Shown here one piece after another: positions 1 through 8,929 of a stretch of 64,000 nt of DNA. The translations under genes were made by a program, and so were the position numbers. Source of the DNA: Emiliania huxleyi CCMP1516 (taxonomy: Eukaryota); NCBI RefSeq assembly GCF_000372725.1, contig NW_005201349.1, forward strand, positions 140,323 through 204,322. Direction: 5' to 3'. The stretch's first letter is position 1. Each line of letters opens with the position of its first letter. Under the pieces are notes generated by a model, which worked only from the letters and a program-made list of their open reading frames with translations, was not told the origin of the DNA and searched no databases.

Positions 1-20
1 TTTCTATTGACGGTACGTTC

Positions 21-3000
21 TCAGCAGCGGGTGCTCGTGCGCTGTCCCGGACGCGGCTCGTCAGGCGGCGCGGTGCCTCCGGCTGCAGCGACGGCTGTCC
101 CGGCCGTCGCGTCCTCGAGAGAGGCGAGCGAGCCGGCAGCCGAGCCCGTATGGCCCTCACCGCCACAGCCGCTCTGCCTGCCGACCTCGCGCTCGCCGCC
201 GCCGCCTGCAGCGGCGCCTCCGCGGCTCCGAGAGGACCCGGCCCGCGGCTGCGCCTCGTCGAGCGCCTCGTCGACGCCCTCGGCGACGCCTCCTCGCGTC
301 GCGTGCCCGTTCGTGGCGACCGCACCGCCGGCAGAGCTCGAGTGGCCCTCCACGCCACCCCGAGACTGCCCGGCGATGGTGCTTTCGTCGCCGCGCGTTG
401 CCGCCGCTGCCTCGCAGCGGCTCTGTGCCTCGGCGCCGAGCCGAGACATGCCAGGCGGCCCGCCGCAGCCCACCGAGACGAGGCCCGCCCCCTCGTCGTG
501 CACCGCGTCGCTCGCGCCTCCGCCAAAGCGATCTCGATCACGCTTTGCGGCGACGGCGCCATCGACGCCGACTTGAGCCGCTGCTCTCGCCCAGCAGCGG
601 GTGCTCGCCGCTGTCCACGGACGCGGCTCGTCAGGCGGCGCGGTGCCGCCGGCTGCAGCGACGGCTGTCCCGGCCGTCGCGTCCTCGAGAGAGGCGAGCG
701 AGCCGGCAGCAGAGCCCGCATGGCCCTCACCGCCACAGCCGCTCTGCCTGCTGACTTCGCTCTCGCCGCCGCCGCCTGCAGCGGCGCCTCCGCGGCTCCG
801 AGAGGACCCGGCCCGCGGCCGCGCCTCGTCGAGCGCCTCGTCGACGCCCTCGGCGACGCCTCCTCGCGTCGCGTGCCCGTGCGTGGCGACCGCACCGCCG
901 GCAGAGCTCGAGTGGCCCTCCACGCCACCCCGAAACTGCCCGGCGATGGTGCCTCCGCCGCCGCGCGTTGCCGCCGCTGCCTCGCAGCGGCTCTGTGCCT
1001 CGGCGCCGAGCCGAGACATGTCAGGCGGCGTGCTGCCGCCCACCGAGACGAGGCCCGCCCCCTCGTCGTGCACCGCGTCGCTCGCGCCTCCGCCAAAGCG
1101 ATCTCGATCACGCTTTGCGGCGACGGCGCCATCGACGCCAACTTGCGCCGCTGCTCTCCCCCAGCAGCGGGTGCTCGCCGCTGTCCACGGACGCGGCTCG
1201 TCAGGCGGCGCGGTGCCGCCGGCTGCAGCGACGGCTGTCCCGGCCGTCGCGTCCTCGAGAGAGGCGAGCGAGCCGGCAGCAGAGCCCGCATGGCCCTCAC
1301 CGCCACAGCCGCTCTGCCTGCTGACTTCGCTCTCGCCGCCGCCGCCTGCAGCGGCGCCTCCGCGGCTCCGAGAGGACCCGGCCCGCGGCCGCGCCTCGTC
1401 GAGCGCCTCGTCGACGCCCTCGGCGACGCCTCCTCGCGTCGCGTGCCCGTGAGCGGCGACCGCACCGCCGGCAGAGCTCGAGTGGCCCTCCACGCCACCC
1501 CGAGACTGCCCGGCGATGGTGCCTCCGCCGCCGCGCGTTGCCGCCGCTGCCTCGCAGCGGCTCTGTGCCTCGGCGCCGAGCCGAGACATGCCGGGCGGCC
1601 CGCCGCCGCCCACCAAGACGAGGCCCGTCCCCTCGTCGTGCACCGCGTCGCTCGCGCCTCCGCCAAAGCGATCTCGATCACGCTTTGCGGCGACGGCGCC
1701 ATCGACGCCGACTTGAGCCGCTGCCCTCGCCCAGCAGCGGGTGCTCGCCGCTGTCCACGGACGCGGCTCGTCAGGCGGCGCGGTGCCGCCGGCTGCAGCG
1801 ACGGCTGTCCCGGCCGTCGCGTCCACGAGAGAGGCGAGCGAGCCGGCAGCAGAGCCCGTATGGCCCTCACCGCCACAGCCGCTCTGCCTGCTGACCTCGC
1901 TCTCGCCGCCGCCGCCTGCAGCGGCGCCTCCGCGGCTCCGAGAGGACCCGGCCCGCGGCTGCGCCTCGTCGAGCGCCTCGTCGACGCCCTCGGCGACGCC
2001 TCCTCGCGTCGCGTGCCCGTTCGTGGCGACCGCACCGCCGGCAGAGCTCGAGTGGCCCTCCACGCCACCCCGAGACTGCCCGTCGATGGTGCCTCCGCCG
2101 CCGCGCGTTGCCGCCGCTGCCTCGCAGCGGCTCTGTGCCTCGGCGCCGAGCCGAGACATGCCGGGCGGCCCGCCACCGCCCACCGAGACGAGGCCCGCCC
2201 CCTCGTCGTGCACCGCGTCGCTCGCGCCTCCGCCAAAGCGATCTCGATCACGCTTTGCGGCGACGGCGCCATCGACGCCAACTTGCGCCGCTGCTCTCGC
2301 CCAGCAGCGGGTGCTCGCCGCTGTCCACGGACGCGGCTCGTCAGGCGGCGCGGTGCCGCCGGCTGCAGCGACGGCTGTCCCGGCCGTCGCGTCCTCGAGA
2401 GAGGCGAGCGAGCCGGCAGCAGAGCCCGCATGGCCCTCACCGCCACAGCCGCTCTGCCTGCTGACCTCGCTCTCGCCGCCGCCGCCTGCAGCGGCGCCTC
2501 CGCGGCTCCGAGAGGACCCGGCCCGCGGCCGCGCCTCGCCTAGCGCCTCGTCGACGCCCTCGGCGACGCCTCCTCGCGTCGCGTGCCCGTGCGTGGCGGC
2601 CGCACCGCCGGCAGAGCTCGAGTGGCCCTCCACGCCACCCCGAGACTGCCCGGCGATGGTGCCTCCGCCGCCGCGCGCTGCCGCCGCTGCCTCGCAGCGG
2701 CTCTGTGCCTCGGCGCCGAGCCGAGACATGCCAGGCGGCCCGCCGCCGCCCACCGAGACGAGGCCCGCCCCCTCGTCGTGCACCGCGTCGCTCGCGCCTC
2801 CGCCAAAGCGATCTCGATCACGCCTTGCGGCGACGGCGCCATCGACGCCGACTTGAGCCGCTGCCCTCGCCCAGCAGCGGGTGCTCGCCGCTGTCCACAG
2901 GCGCGGCTCGTCAGGCGGCGCGGTGCCGCCGGCTGCAGCGACGGCTGTCCCGGCCGTCACGTCCTCGAGAGAGGCGAGCGAGCCGGCAGCAGAGCCCGCA

Positions 3001-5534
3001 TGGCCCTCACCGCCACAGCCGCTCTGCCTGCTGACCTCGCTCTCGCCGCCGCCGCCTGCAGCGGCGCCTCCGCGGCTCCGAGAGGACCCGGCCCGCGGCC
3101 GCGCCTCGCCTAGCGCCTCGTCGACGCCCTCGGCGACGCCTCCTCGCGTCGCGCGCCCGTGCGTGGCGGCCGCACCGCCGGCAGAGCTCGAGTGGCCCTC
3201 CACGCCACCCCGAGACTGCCCGGCGATGGTGCCTCCGCCGCCGCGCGTTGCCGCCGCTGCCTCGCAGCGGCTCTGTGCCTCGGCGCCGAGCCGAGACATG
3301 CCAGGCGGCCCGCCGCCGCCCACCGAGACGAGGCCCGCCCCCTCGTCGTGCACCGCGTCGCTCGCGCCTCCGCCAAAGCGATCTCGATCACGCCTTGCGG
3401 CGACGGCGCCATCGACGCCGACTTGCGCCGCTGCTCTCGCCCAGCAGCGGGTGCTCGCCGCTGTCCACGGACGCGGCTCGTCAGGCGGCGCGGTGCCGCC
3501 GGCTGCAGCGACGGCTGTCCCGGCCGTCGCGTCCACGAGAGAGGCGAGCGAGCCGGCAGCAGAGCCCGCATGGCCCTCACCGCCACAGCCGCTCTGCCTG
3601 CTGACCTCGCTCTCGCCGCCGCCGCCTGCAGCGGCGCCTCCGCGGCTCCGAGAGGACCCGGCCCGCGGCCGCGCCTCACCGAGCGCCTCGTCGACGCCCT
3701 CGGCGACGCCTCCTCGCGTCGCGTGCCCGTTCGTGGCGACCGCACCGCCGGCAGAGCTCGAGTGGCCCTCCACGCCACCCCGAGACTGCCCGTCGATGGT
3801 GCCTCCGCCGCCGCGCGTTGCCGCCGCTGCCTCGCAGCGGCTCTGTGCCTCGGCGCCGAGCCGAGACATGCCAGGCGGCCCGCCGCCGCCCACCGAGACG
3901 AGGCCCGCCCCCTCGTCGTGCACCGCGTCGCTCGCGCCTCCGCCAAAGCGATCTCGATCACGCTTTGCGGCGACGGCGCCATCGACGCCAACTTGCGCCG
4001 CTGCCCTCGCCCAGCAGCGGGTGCTCGCCGCTGTCCACGGACGCGGCTCGTCAGGCGGCGCGGTGCCGCCGGCTGCAGCGACGGCTGTCCCGGCCGTCGC
4101 GTCCTCGAGAGAGGCGAGCGAGCCGGCAGCAGAGCCCGCATGGCCCTCACCGCCACAGCCGCTCTGCCTGCTGACCTCGCTCTCGCCGCCGCCGCCTGCA
4201 GCGGCGCCTCCGCGGCTCCGAGAGGTCCCGGCCCGCGGCCGCGCCTCGCCTAGCGCCTCGGCGACGCCCTCGGCGACGCCTCCTCGCGTCGCGTGCCCGT
4301 TCGTGGCGACCGCACCGCCGGCAGAGCTTGAGTGGCCCTCCACGCCAGCCCGAGACTGCCCGGCGATGGTGCTTTCGTCGCCGCGCGTTGCCGCCGCTGC
4401 CTCGCAGCGGCTCTGTGCCTCGGCGCCGAGCCGAGACATGCCAGGCGGCCCGCCGCAGCCCACCGAGACGAGGCCCGCCCCCTCGTCGTGCACCACGTCG
4501 CTCGCGCCTCCGCCAAAGCGATCTCGATCACGCTTTGCGGCGACGGCGCCATCGACGCCGACTTGAGCCGCTGCTCTCGCCCAGCAGCGGGTGCTCGCCG
4601 CTGTCCACGGACGCGGCTCGTCAGGCGGCGCGGTGCCGCCGGCTGCAGCGACGGCTGTCCCGGCCGTCGCGTCCACGAGAGAGGCGAGCGAGCCGGCAGC
4701 AGAGCCCGCATGGCCCTCACCGCCACAGCCGCTCTGCCTGCTGACCTCGCTCTCGCCGCCGCCGCCTGCAGCGGCGCCTCCGCGGCTCCGAGAGGACCCG
4801 GCCCGCGGCCGCGCCTCGTCGAGCGCCTCGTCGACGCCCTCGGCGACGCCTCCTCGCGTCGCGTGCCCGTGAGCGGCGGCCGCACCGCCGGCAGAGCTCG
4901 AGTGGCCCTCCACGCCACCCCGAGACTGCCCGGCGATGGTGCTTTCGCCGCCGTGCCTTGCCGCCGCTGCCTCGCAGCGGCTCTGTGCCTCGGCGCCGCG
5001 CCGAGACATGCCAGGCGGCGTGATGCCGCCCCAGCAAATCCTGTCGTCCGCAGCGTCAAGACTAACTTGAGCAAGTATTGGCTCTGCCTCCACATCGCAG
5101 TCGCTCCAACCTCTGCCAGCTCCCTTGACGCTGCTCCGTGCTGTAGCGATCTCCTTGAGAGATCCGCTAAGCCCATGCGTTGCGGCCTCTTTACCGTCAG
5201 CGTGTTCCAGCCTACCAGAATCACGTATCGGAACCACTTCCCGACGACGAATATGGTTGACGCTCGAACACGTTGCTGTTGCTTCTGGAGGTGGCCTTCC
5301 ACCCCCGTGCCAACCCCTTCCAACCCCAACAAAACACCGACAGACGAGAGAAGAGGCCACAAAACAGACAAGCAGAATGGCAAGAGAGAGACGCTCTGCA
5401 GGCGAGCCCACGGGCCTCTTGGGCCCTCGCGTCTCTCTCTCTCGATTCGTTACACCGATTCGACCATCAATGCGGCGGGCCGATTTCGACCCATCACAAA
5501 TGTGGGAAGCCATTAACCTCCCTTGGCTTCCCAC
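21..5534 (-). CDS. Gly/Ala/Ser-rich repetitive protein (1837 aa, 190-aa repeat) with an N-terminal hydrophobic segment; function unknown
   Basis: This is the only frame open across the whole array. Many inter-copy variants are synonymous in it (gct/gcg, gtc/gtt, tcg/tct, cct/ccc, aga/agg, gaa/gag). It has a hydrophobic stretch LSLAILLVCFVASSLV. The true start is uncertain. Confidence 0.5.
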   Translation of the reverse strand: MGSQGRLMASHICDGSKSARRIDGRIGVTNRERETRGPKRPVGSPAERLSLAILLVCFVASSLVCRCFVGVGRGWHGGGRPPPEATATCSSVNHIRRREVVPIRDSGRLEHADGKEAATHGLSGSLKEIATARSSVKGAGRGWSDCDVEAEPILAQVSLDAADDRICWGGITPPGMSRRGAEAQSRCEAAAARHGGESTIAGQSRGGVEGHSSSAGGAAAAHGHATRGGVAEGVDEALDEARPRAGSSRSRGGAAAGGGGESEVSRQSGCGGEGHAGSAAGSLASLVDATAGTAVAAAGGTAPPDEPRPWTAASTRCWARAAAQVGVDGAVAAKRDRDRFGGGASDVVHDEGAGLVSVGCGGPPGMSRLGAEAQSRCEAAAATRGDESTIAGQSRAGVEGHSSSAGGAVATNGHATRGGVAEGVAEALGEARPRAGTSRSRGGAAAGGGGESEVSRQSGCGGEGHAGSAAGSLASLEDATAGTAVAAAGGTAPPDEPRPWTAASTRCWARAAAQVGVDGAVAAKRDRDRFGGGASDAVHDEGAGLVSVGGGGPPGMSRLGAEAQSRCEAAAATRGGGGTIDGQSRGGVEGHSSSAGGAVATNGHATRGGVAEGVDEALGEARPRAGSSRSRGGAAAGGGGESEVSRQSGCGGEGHAGSAAGSLASLVDATAGTAVAAAGGTAPPDEPRPWTAASTRCWARAAAQVGVDGAVAARRDRDRFGGGASDAVHDEGAGLVSVGGGGPPGMSRLGAEAQSRCEAAAATRGGGGTIAGQSRGGVEGHSSSAGGAAATHGRATRGGVAEGVDEALGEARPRAGSSRSRGGAAAGGGGESEVSRQSGCGGEGHAGSAAGSLASLEDVTAGTAVAAAGGTAPPDEPRLWTAASTRCWARAAAQVGVDGAVAARRDRDRFGGGASDAVHDEGAGLVSVGGGGPPGMSRLGAEAQSRCEAAAAARGGGGTIAGQSRGGVEGHSSSAGGAAATHGHATRGGVAEGVDEALGEARPRAGSSRSRGGAAAGGGGESEVSRQSGCGGEGHAGSAAGSLASLEDATAGTAVAAAGGTAPPDEPRPWTAASTRCWARAAAQVGVDGAVAAKRDRDRFGGGASDAVHDEGAGLVSVGGGGPPGMSRLGAEAQSRCEAAAATRGGGGTIDGQSRGGVEGHSSSAGGAVATNGHATRGGVAEGVDEALDEAQPRAGSSRSRGGAAAGGGGESEVSRQSGCGGEGHTGSAAGSLASLVDATAGTAVAAAGGTAPPDEPRPWTAASTRCWARAAAQVGVDGAVAAKRDRDRFGGGASDAVHDEGTGLVLVGGGGPPGMSRLGAEAQSRCEAAAATRGGGGTIAGQSRGGVEGHSSSAGGAVAAHGHATRGGVAEGVDEALDEARPRAGSSRSRGGAAAGGGGESEVSRQSGCGGEGHAGSAAGSLASLEDATAGTAVAAAGGTAPPDEPRPWTAASTRCWGRAAAQVGVDGAVAAKRDRDRFGGGASDAVHDEGAGLVSVGGSTPPDMSRLGAEAQSRCEAAAATRGGGGTIAGQFRGGVEGHSSSAGGAVATHGHATRGGVAEGVDEALDEARPRAGSSRSRGGAAAGGGGESEVSRQSGCGGEGHAGSAAGSLASLEDATAGTAVAAAGGTAPPDEPRPWTAASTRCWARAAAQVGVDGAVAAKRDRDRFGGGASDAVHDEGAGLVSVGCGGPPGMSRLGAEAQSRCEAAAATRGDESTIAGQSRGGVEGHSSSAGGAVATNGHATRGGVAEGVDEALDEAQPRAGSSRSRGGAAAGGGGEREVGRQSGCGGEGHTGSAAGSLASLEDATAGTAVAAAGGTAPPDEPRPGQRTSTRC
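22..5032. repeat. Tandem array of a 570-bp unit, about 8.8 near-identical copies
   Basis: The motif cagcagcgggtgctc recurs at 22, 592, 1162, 1732, 2302, 2872, 3442, 4012 and 4582, an exact 570-bp period. The last copy is partial. Confidence 0.97.
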
Positions 5535-5606
5535 ACAAACCCCCCTTCATGGGGGGAGCAGCAAATGAGGTAGTCTCTGCGAAATCACTGTCCCAGTGAA
5601 TTCGCC

Positions 5607-5954
5607 CTAGAGGCTTCCGTGTGGACTCGCAGCTCCGGCTGGATGTCGGCGACCTAAAGCTCGGCGGTCGTCGCTTCGCGCCGGCCGACTCCCTGCGAGC
5701 CGCGGTCGTATACCCGTCATAGCGGCGAGGCGCGGGACCGTCTGTGGCGAAGTGGGTCGCGTCCCCCGATTTCGGTCAACCCAGCATCCACACCCTTTAG
5801 TCGTAGTCCCCCCCGTCGGGAGGACGACCCCGGCTAGTGTCGCCGACCACACCCACAAAAGAACCCTGCACATAAAGATCGCACGGGCGGGGACCTCTGT
5901 TCCTTTTTACCCATCTCCTAGTAGAGGTGTCCGTTTTTATTTATTTATTTATTT
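5607..5954 (+). mobile_element. Probable 5'-truncated non-LTR retroelement 3' end with a (TTTA)n tail
   Basis: 5881-5938 is nearly identical to the reverse complement of 27404-27458 and is followed by (TTTA)n. A short ORF tail (RGFRVDSQLRLDVGDLKLGG...VYPS*) lies upstream. The 5' boundary is approximate. Confidence 0.5.
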
Positions 5955-6201
5955 GGCACACTAGAAAAAAAGAAATTGGAATGCGGACCCGCTCTACGTA
6001 AAGCCGTACTGCGCTGGTTATCACACACATATACATAGACAACACACGGCTCATAGCACGCATCATGCGAGTACGGAACAAATGGGTCGCTCTCGAACGC
6101 CTTAGCGGCTTCTACCGCACTACCGGGGGACAGAGCAACGCGGCCGTGTCTACATAGCGCCCCATCGCAACAACTTTCGGGCTCCCACCTGCGAGCGCAT
6201 C

Positions 6202-7527
6202 TCAGGCGTCGGAGGCGGCGGTGCCGGTGGCGGCGGCAGCTCGGCGCGCCGCCGCCTCCGCGGCCCTCTCTGCCGGCGACGGCTCCCCCGAGGGCGGCGG
6301 CGGCGGCGGCGGCTCCTCCTCCTCGGTCTCCCCGTCCTCCTCAGTGGTGGAGCCGGTCAGGTCGATGGCGTCCCCACCAGCCTCGCCGGCAGCCGCAGCG
6401 CAGCCCGACGTGGTCGCTGCTGGCGCAATCGCAGACACAGACGCACCTCCACCGCCCGCCGCGCCGCCCGCCGCACCGCCGCCGTAGCCGAGACTGAGCG
6501 CGATGGCTTGCTGCAGCGCCTCTTCCTCCTCCGCCGCCGTCGCCGGCGCCGCCTCCTGCCGTCTCGCCTTCTTCGCTCCCCCAAAGAGCCGCTCGCCGCC
6601 GCCGCCGCCGCCGCTCGCGCCGCCGCCGCCGCTCGCGCCGCCGCCGCCGCTCGCGCCGCAGCCGCCGCTGTTGCTACCGCTGCGCTTGCCGCCCACCCGC
6701 GGGCTCGCCGGCGGCGGCGACGCACTAGCGCCGGGGCCACTTTGCTGCGGTGGTCTGCCGCCTTGCTGCCGGCCTCCCTTTGCCCCGAGCACGAGGCGGG
6801 GGGCCGAGGCGCCGCCTTGCCACAGGGTCGCCTAGTGGGCGACAGGACAGCCACCCATCAGCCGTATCACCGGTCCTCAGGGAGGGTGCGTGCCGGCTGG
6901 GCCGAGCCTCAGGCTCGCCTCGATCCGTCCGACGGCGGCGGCGATGGCATCGACGTCGGGCGGCACGCTGAGCCACCGCTGCGCGCCCGCCGCGTCGAGG
7001 TAGAGCGGGCAGCGCGTCGGGACGCCGTGCAGCGCCTGCGGCTTTGCGCGCTCCGCGAGCAGAGGCACGTTGACGCTGTTGGTCGTCAAAATGACAAAGT
7101 GCGAGCCGCAGTACAGCGCGGCGAGGAAGAAGAGCGGGTGCTCGCCGTCCGGCTTGCGGCAGGTCACGCCCTCGGCAAAGGCGGTCACCGCGACCGCGCA
7201 TAGGCGGCCGGCCGCGAGAGCCTCTCGCCACGTCTTGCGCTGCAGCCAGTCGCCTCCGTCCAGCCAGATGTTGTGCGTCGCCAGCCGCTGGATGCCCCAG
7301 GTGAGCGTGCGCACAGCGAGCTCGTCGCCCTGCCTGACGAGGCACGGCCAGCCCTCCACGCCTCGGACGCCTTTTGGGTTGCGCTTCGTCCTCTCCTCGC
7401 ACGACTTGGAGCCCACGTGGTACGGCTCGGGGGAAGGAGAGACGCGAGGCAGCGCCTGCACACCCGCGGCGCGTAGCTCGGAGACGATTCGGTCGGCGGC
7501 AAAGGCGATGGCGGCGCGGCCGCACAT
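6202..7527 (-). CDS. HMCES: SRAP-domain (HMCES/YedK-like) abasic-site processing protein with a low-complexity tail bearing UIM-, SIM- and VIM-like motifs; exons 7527-6919 and 6831-6202 (~412 aa)
   Basis: N-terminal MCGR (catalytic Cys2) plus RLCAVAVTAFAEG, FLAALY, VILTT and TRCPLYL..WL match the SRAP motif order. A GC-AG intron at 6918-6832 joins the two ORFs in phase 0. The tail has EEEEALQQAIALSL, AIDLT and SPAERAAEAAARRA. Confidence 0.75.
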
Positions 7528-7632
7528 ATGTGTATGAGCGTTGGCCCGGCGAGCAGGGTTGGCTGGGATGAGCGCCTTCGCGGCTGGAGAGAGGGCTGGA
7601 ATTCTCTTGGTTCAAAAATACTGGCGCGCACA

Positions 7633-7698
7633 CACTGGCACAACACAGGTACACCTATAGCACATGCTAATGTCGGTTAGTAGCGGCGTATGCCAGTG
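7633..7698. mobile_element. Possible miniature inverted-repeat element (CACTGGCA...TGCCAGTG)
   Basis: An 8-bp TIR is flanked by CA on both sides. The left end ACACTGGCAC(T)AACACAGGTACACC recurs at 27363-27469. Confidence 0.35.
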
Positions 7699-8446
7699 CA
7701 AAAGGGGCCACCGCCTGGGTGGATTGGAGCACGCGTGGAGCGCAATGCGTGCAAACTTAGCGCTTAGGAGCGTTATCTTGGAAAGACTTAGATTTAAGAG
7801 TACCCGTTACCAGCGCACTCATGGGCGTCTGATGCTCCGGCGGAGGGTCGGCGGCCCGCCCGAGGGGATTGAGGACGACGAGGACGAGGACGACGAGGAC
7901 GACGAGTGAGCGAACGAGGAGGGAGGGACTCGAGGCCGGGACGTTGCGGCCGGCGGCGCAGGAATCGCCGGCGGCACGAGGGGGAAGCGGAAGGGTCAAG
8001 GGTGGACAGGGGTATTGGCGAGGAAGAGGGGATTGGTGGGCGTAATTCGCGTGCGGCCGACGCTTGGTTGAGCCTCGCGTGTGTTGCCGCAATCGCGTTT
8101 CAGGGGGGTGCAAGTGTGCGCCGCGGGTGTGGAGCAGCGCCAGCGGGACGGTTCTGGTGGTGCGCCGCGCGGGACTTGGGGCGAGGTTGGGGAGGGAGCG
8201 GGCTGAGAGCGGTTTCTGCGCAAAAAATACGATGCTCTCTCGTCTCTGAGACTGGGTCTCTGGAAAACTATGCTCGCGTGAACACCACAGGCGGCCGCAT
8301 GGACCCATGCATGAACCACGCAACTACCGACGCGGACCGGGGTGTCTCTGTCGGGACCACCAGTCTGTGCGGCTGTCTGAGGGTGTCTGGACGCGCGGCG
8401 CTCCCTCGCCCGCAATGAAAGGAACCGATCCTCCCGTCGATTTCAG

Positions 8447-8876
8447 CTACTCGTCCTCCTCGCTGCCGTCAGAAGAGGCTGGCAGCCAGTAGGCTGGCGT
8501 GCTCGGCCGGCTCGCCCACACCTCGATCTTCTTGGGCAGCGTCTGGTCCGACATGTCCTCTCCGTGGCCTAAGCGGCCGAGTCCGCCATCGCCCCAGGTA
8601 AAGACAGCGCCGTCGGCGGTGAGGGCGAGGCTGTGCTCGCCTCCAGCCGACACGGCGACGACGCGCTGGCCAGCCAAGGCCTCGACCTTCTTTGGCAGCA
8701 GCTGAATCTGCTGGTCGCCGTGGCCCAGCTCGCCAAAGAGTCCAAAGCCCCAGCTCCAGACGGCGCCGTCGTCGGTCAGGGCGAGGCTGTGCTCGCCTCC
8801 AGCCGACACGGCGACGACGGGCTGGCCAGCAAAGGCCTCGATCTTCTTTGGCTGCCACCGGTAGTCCTCGTCGCCG
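8447..8876 (-). pseudogene. 3' portion of an RCC1-repeat gene (about 2.5 repeats), 5'-truncated
   Basis: Reads GDEDYRWQPKKIEAFAGQPVVAVSAGGEHSLALTDDGAVWSWGFGLFGELGHGD..., the RCC1 consensus. There is no upstream coding continuation at this position. Confidence 0.85.
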
Positions 8877-8929
8877 GGATGCCACCGCAGCGCACGCGCA
8901 CGCCGCGTCGCCTCCTGCCGTCGCGCCCA

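Noticed and set aside
22..5032. CRISPR array or plus-strand protein in the tandem repeat
   Set aside because: There are no unique spacers and the unit is 570 bp. The plus frames are interrupted by polymorphic stops.
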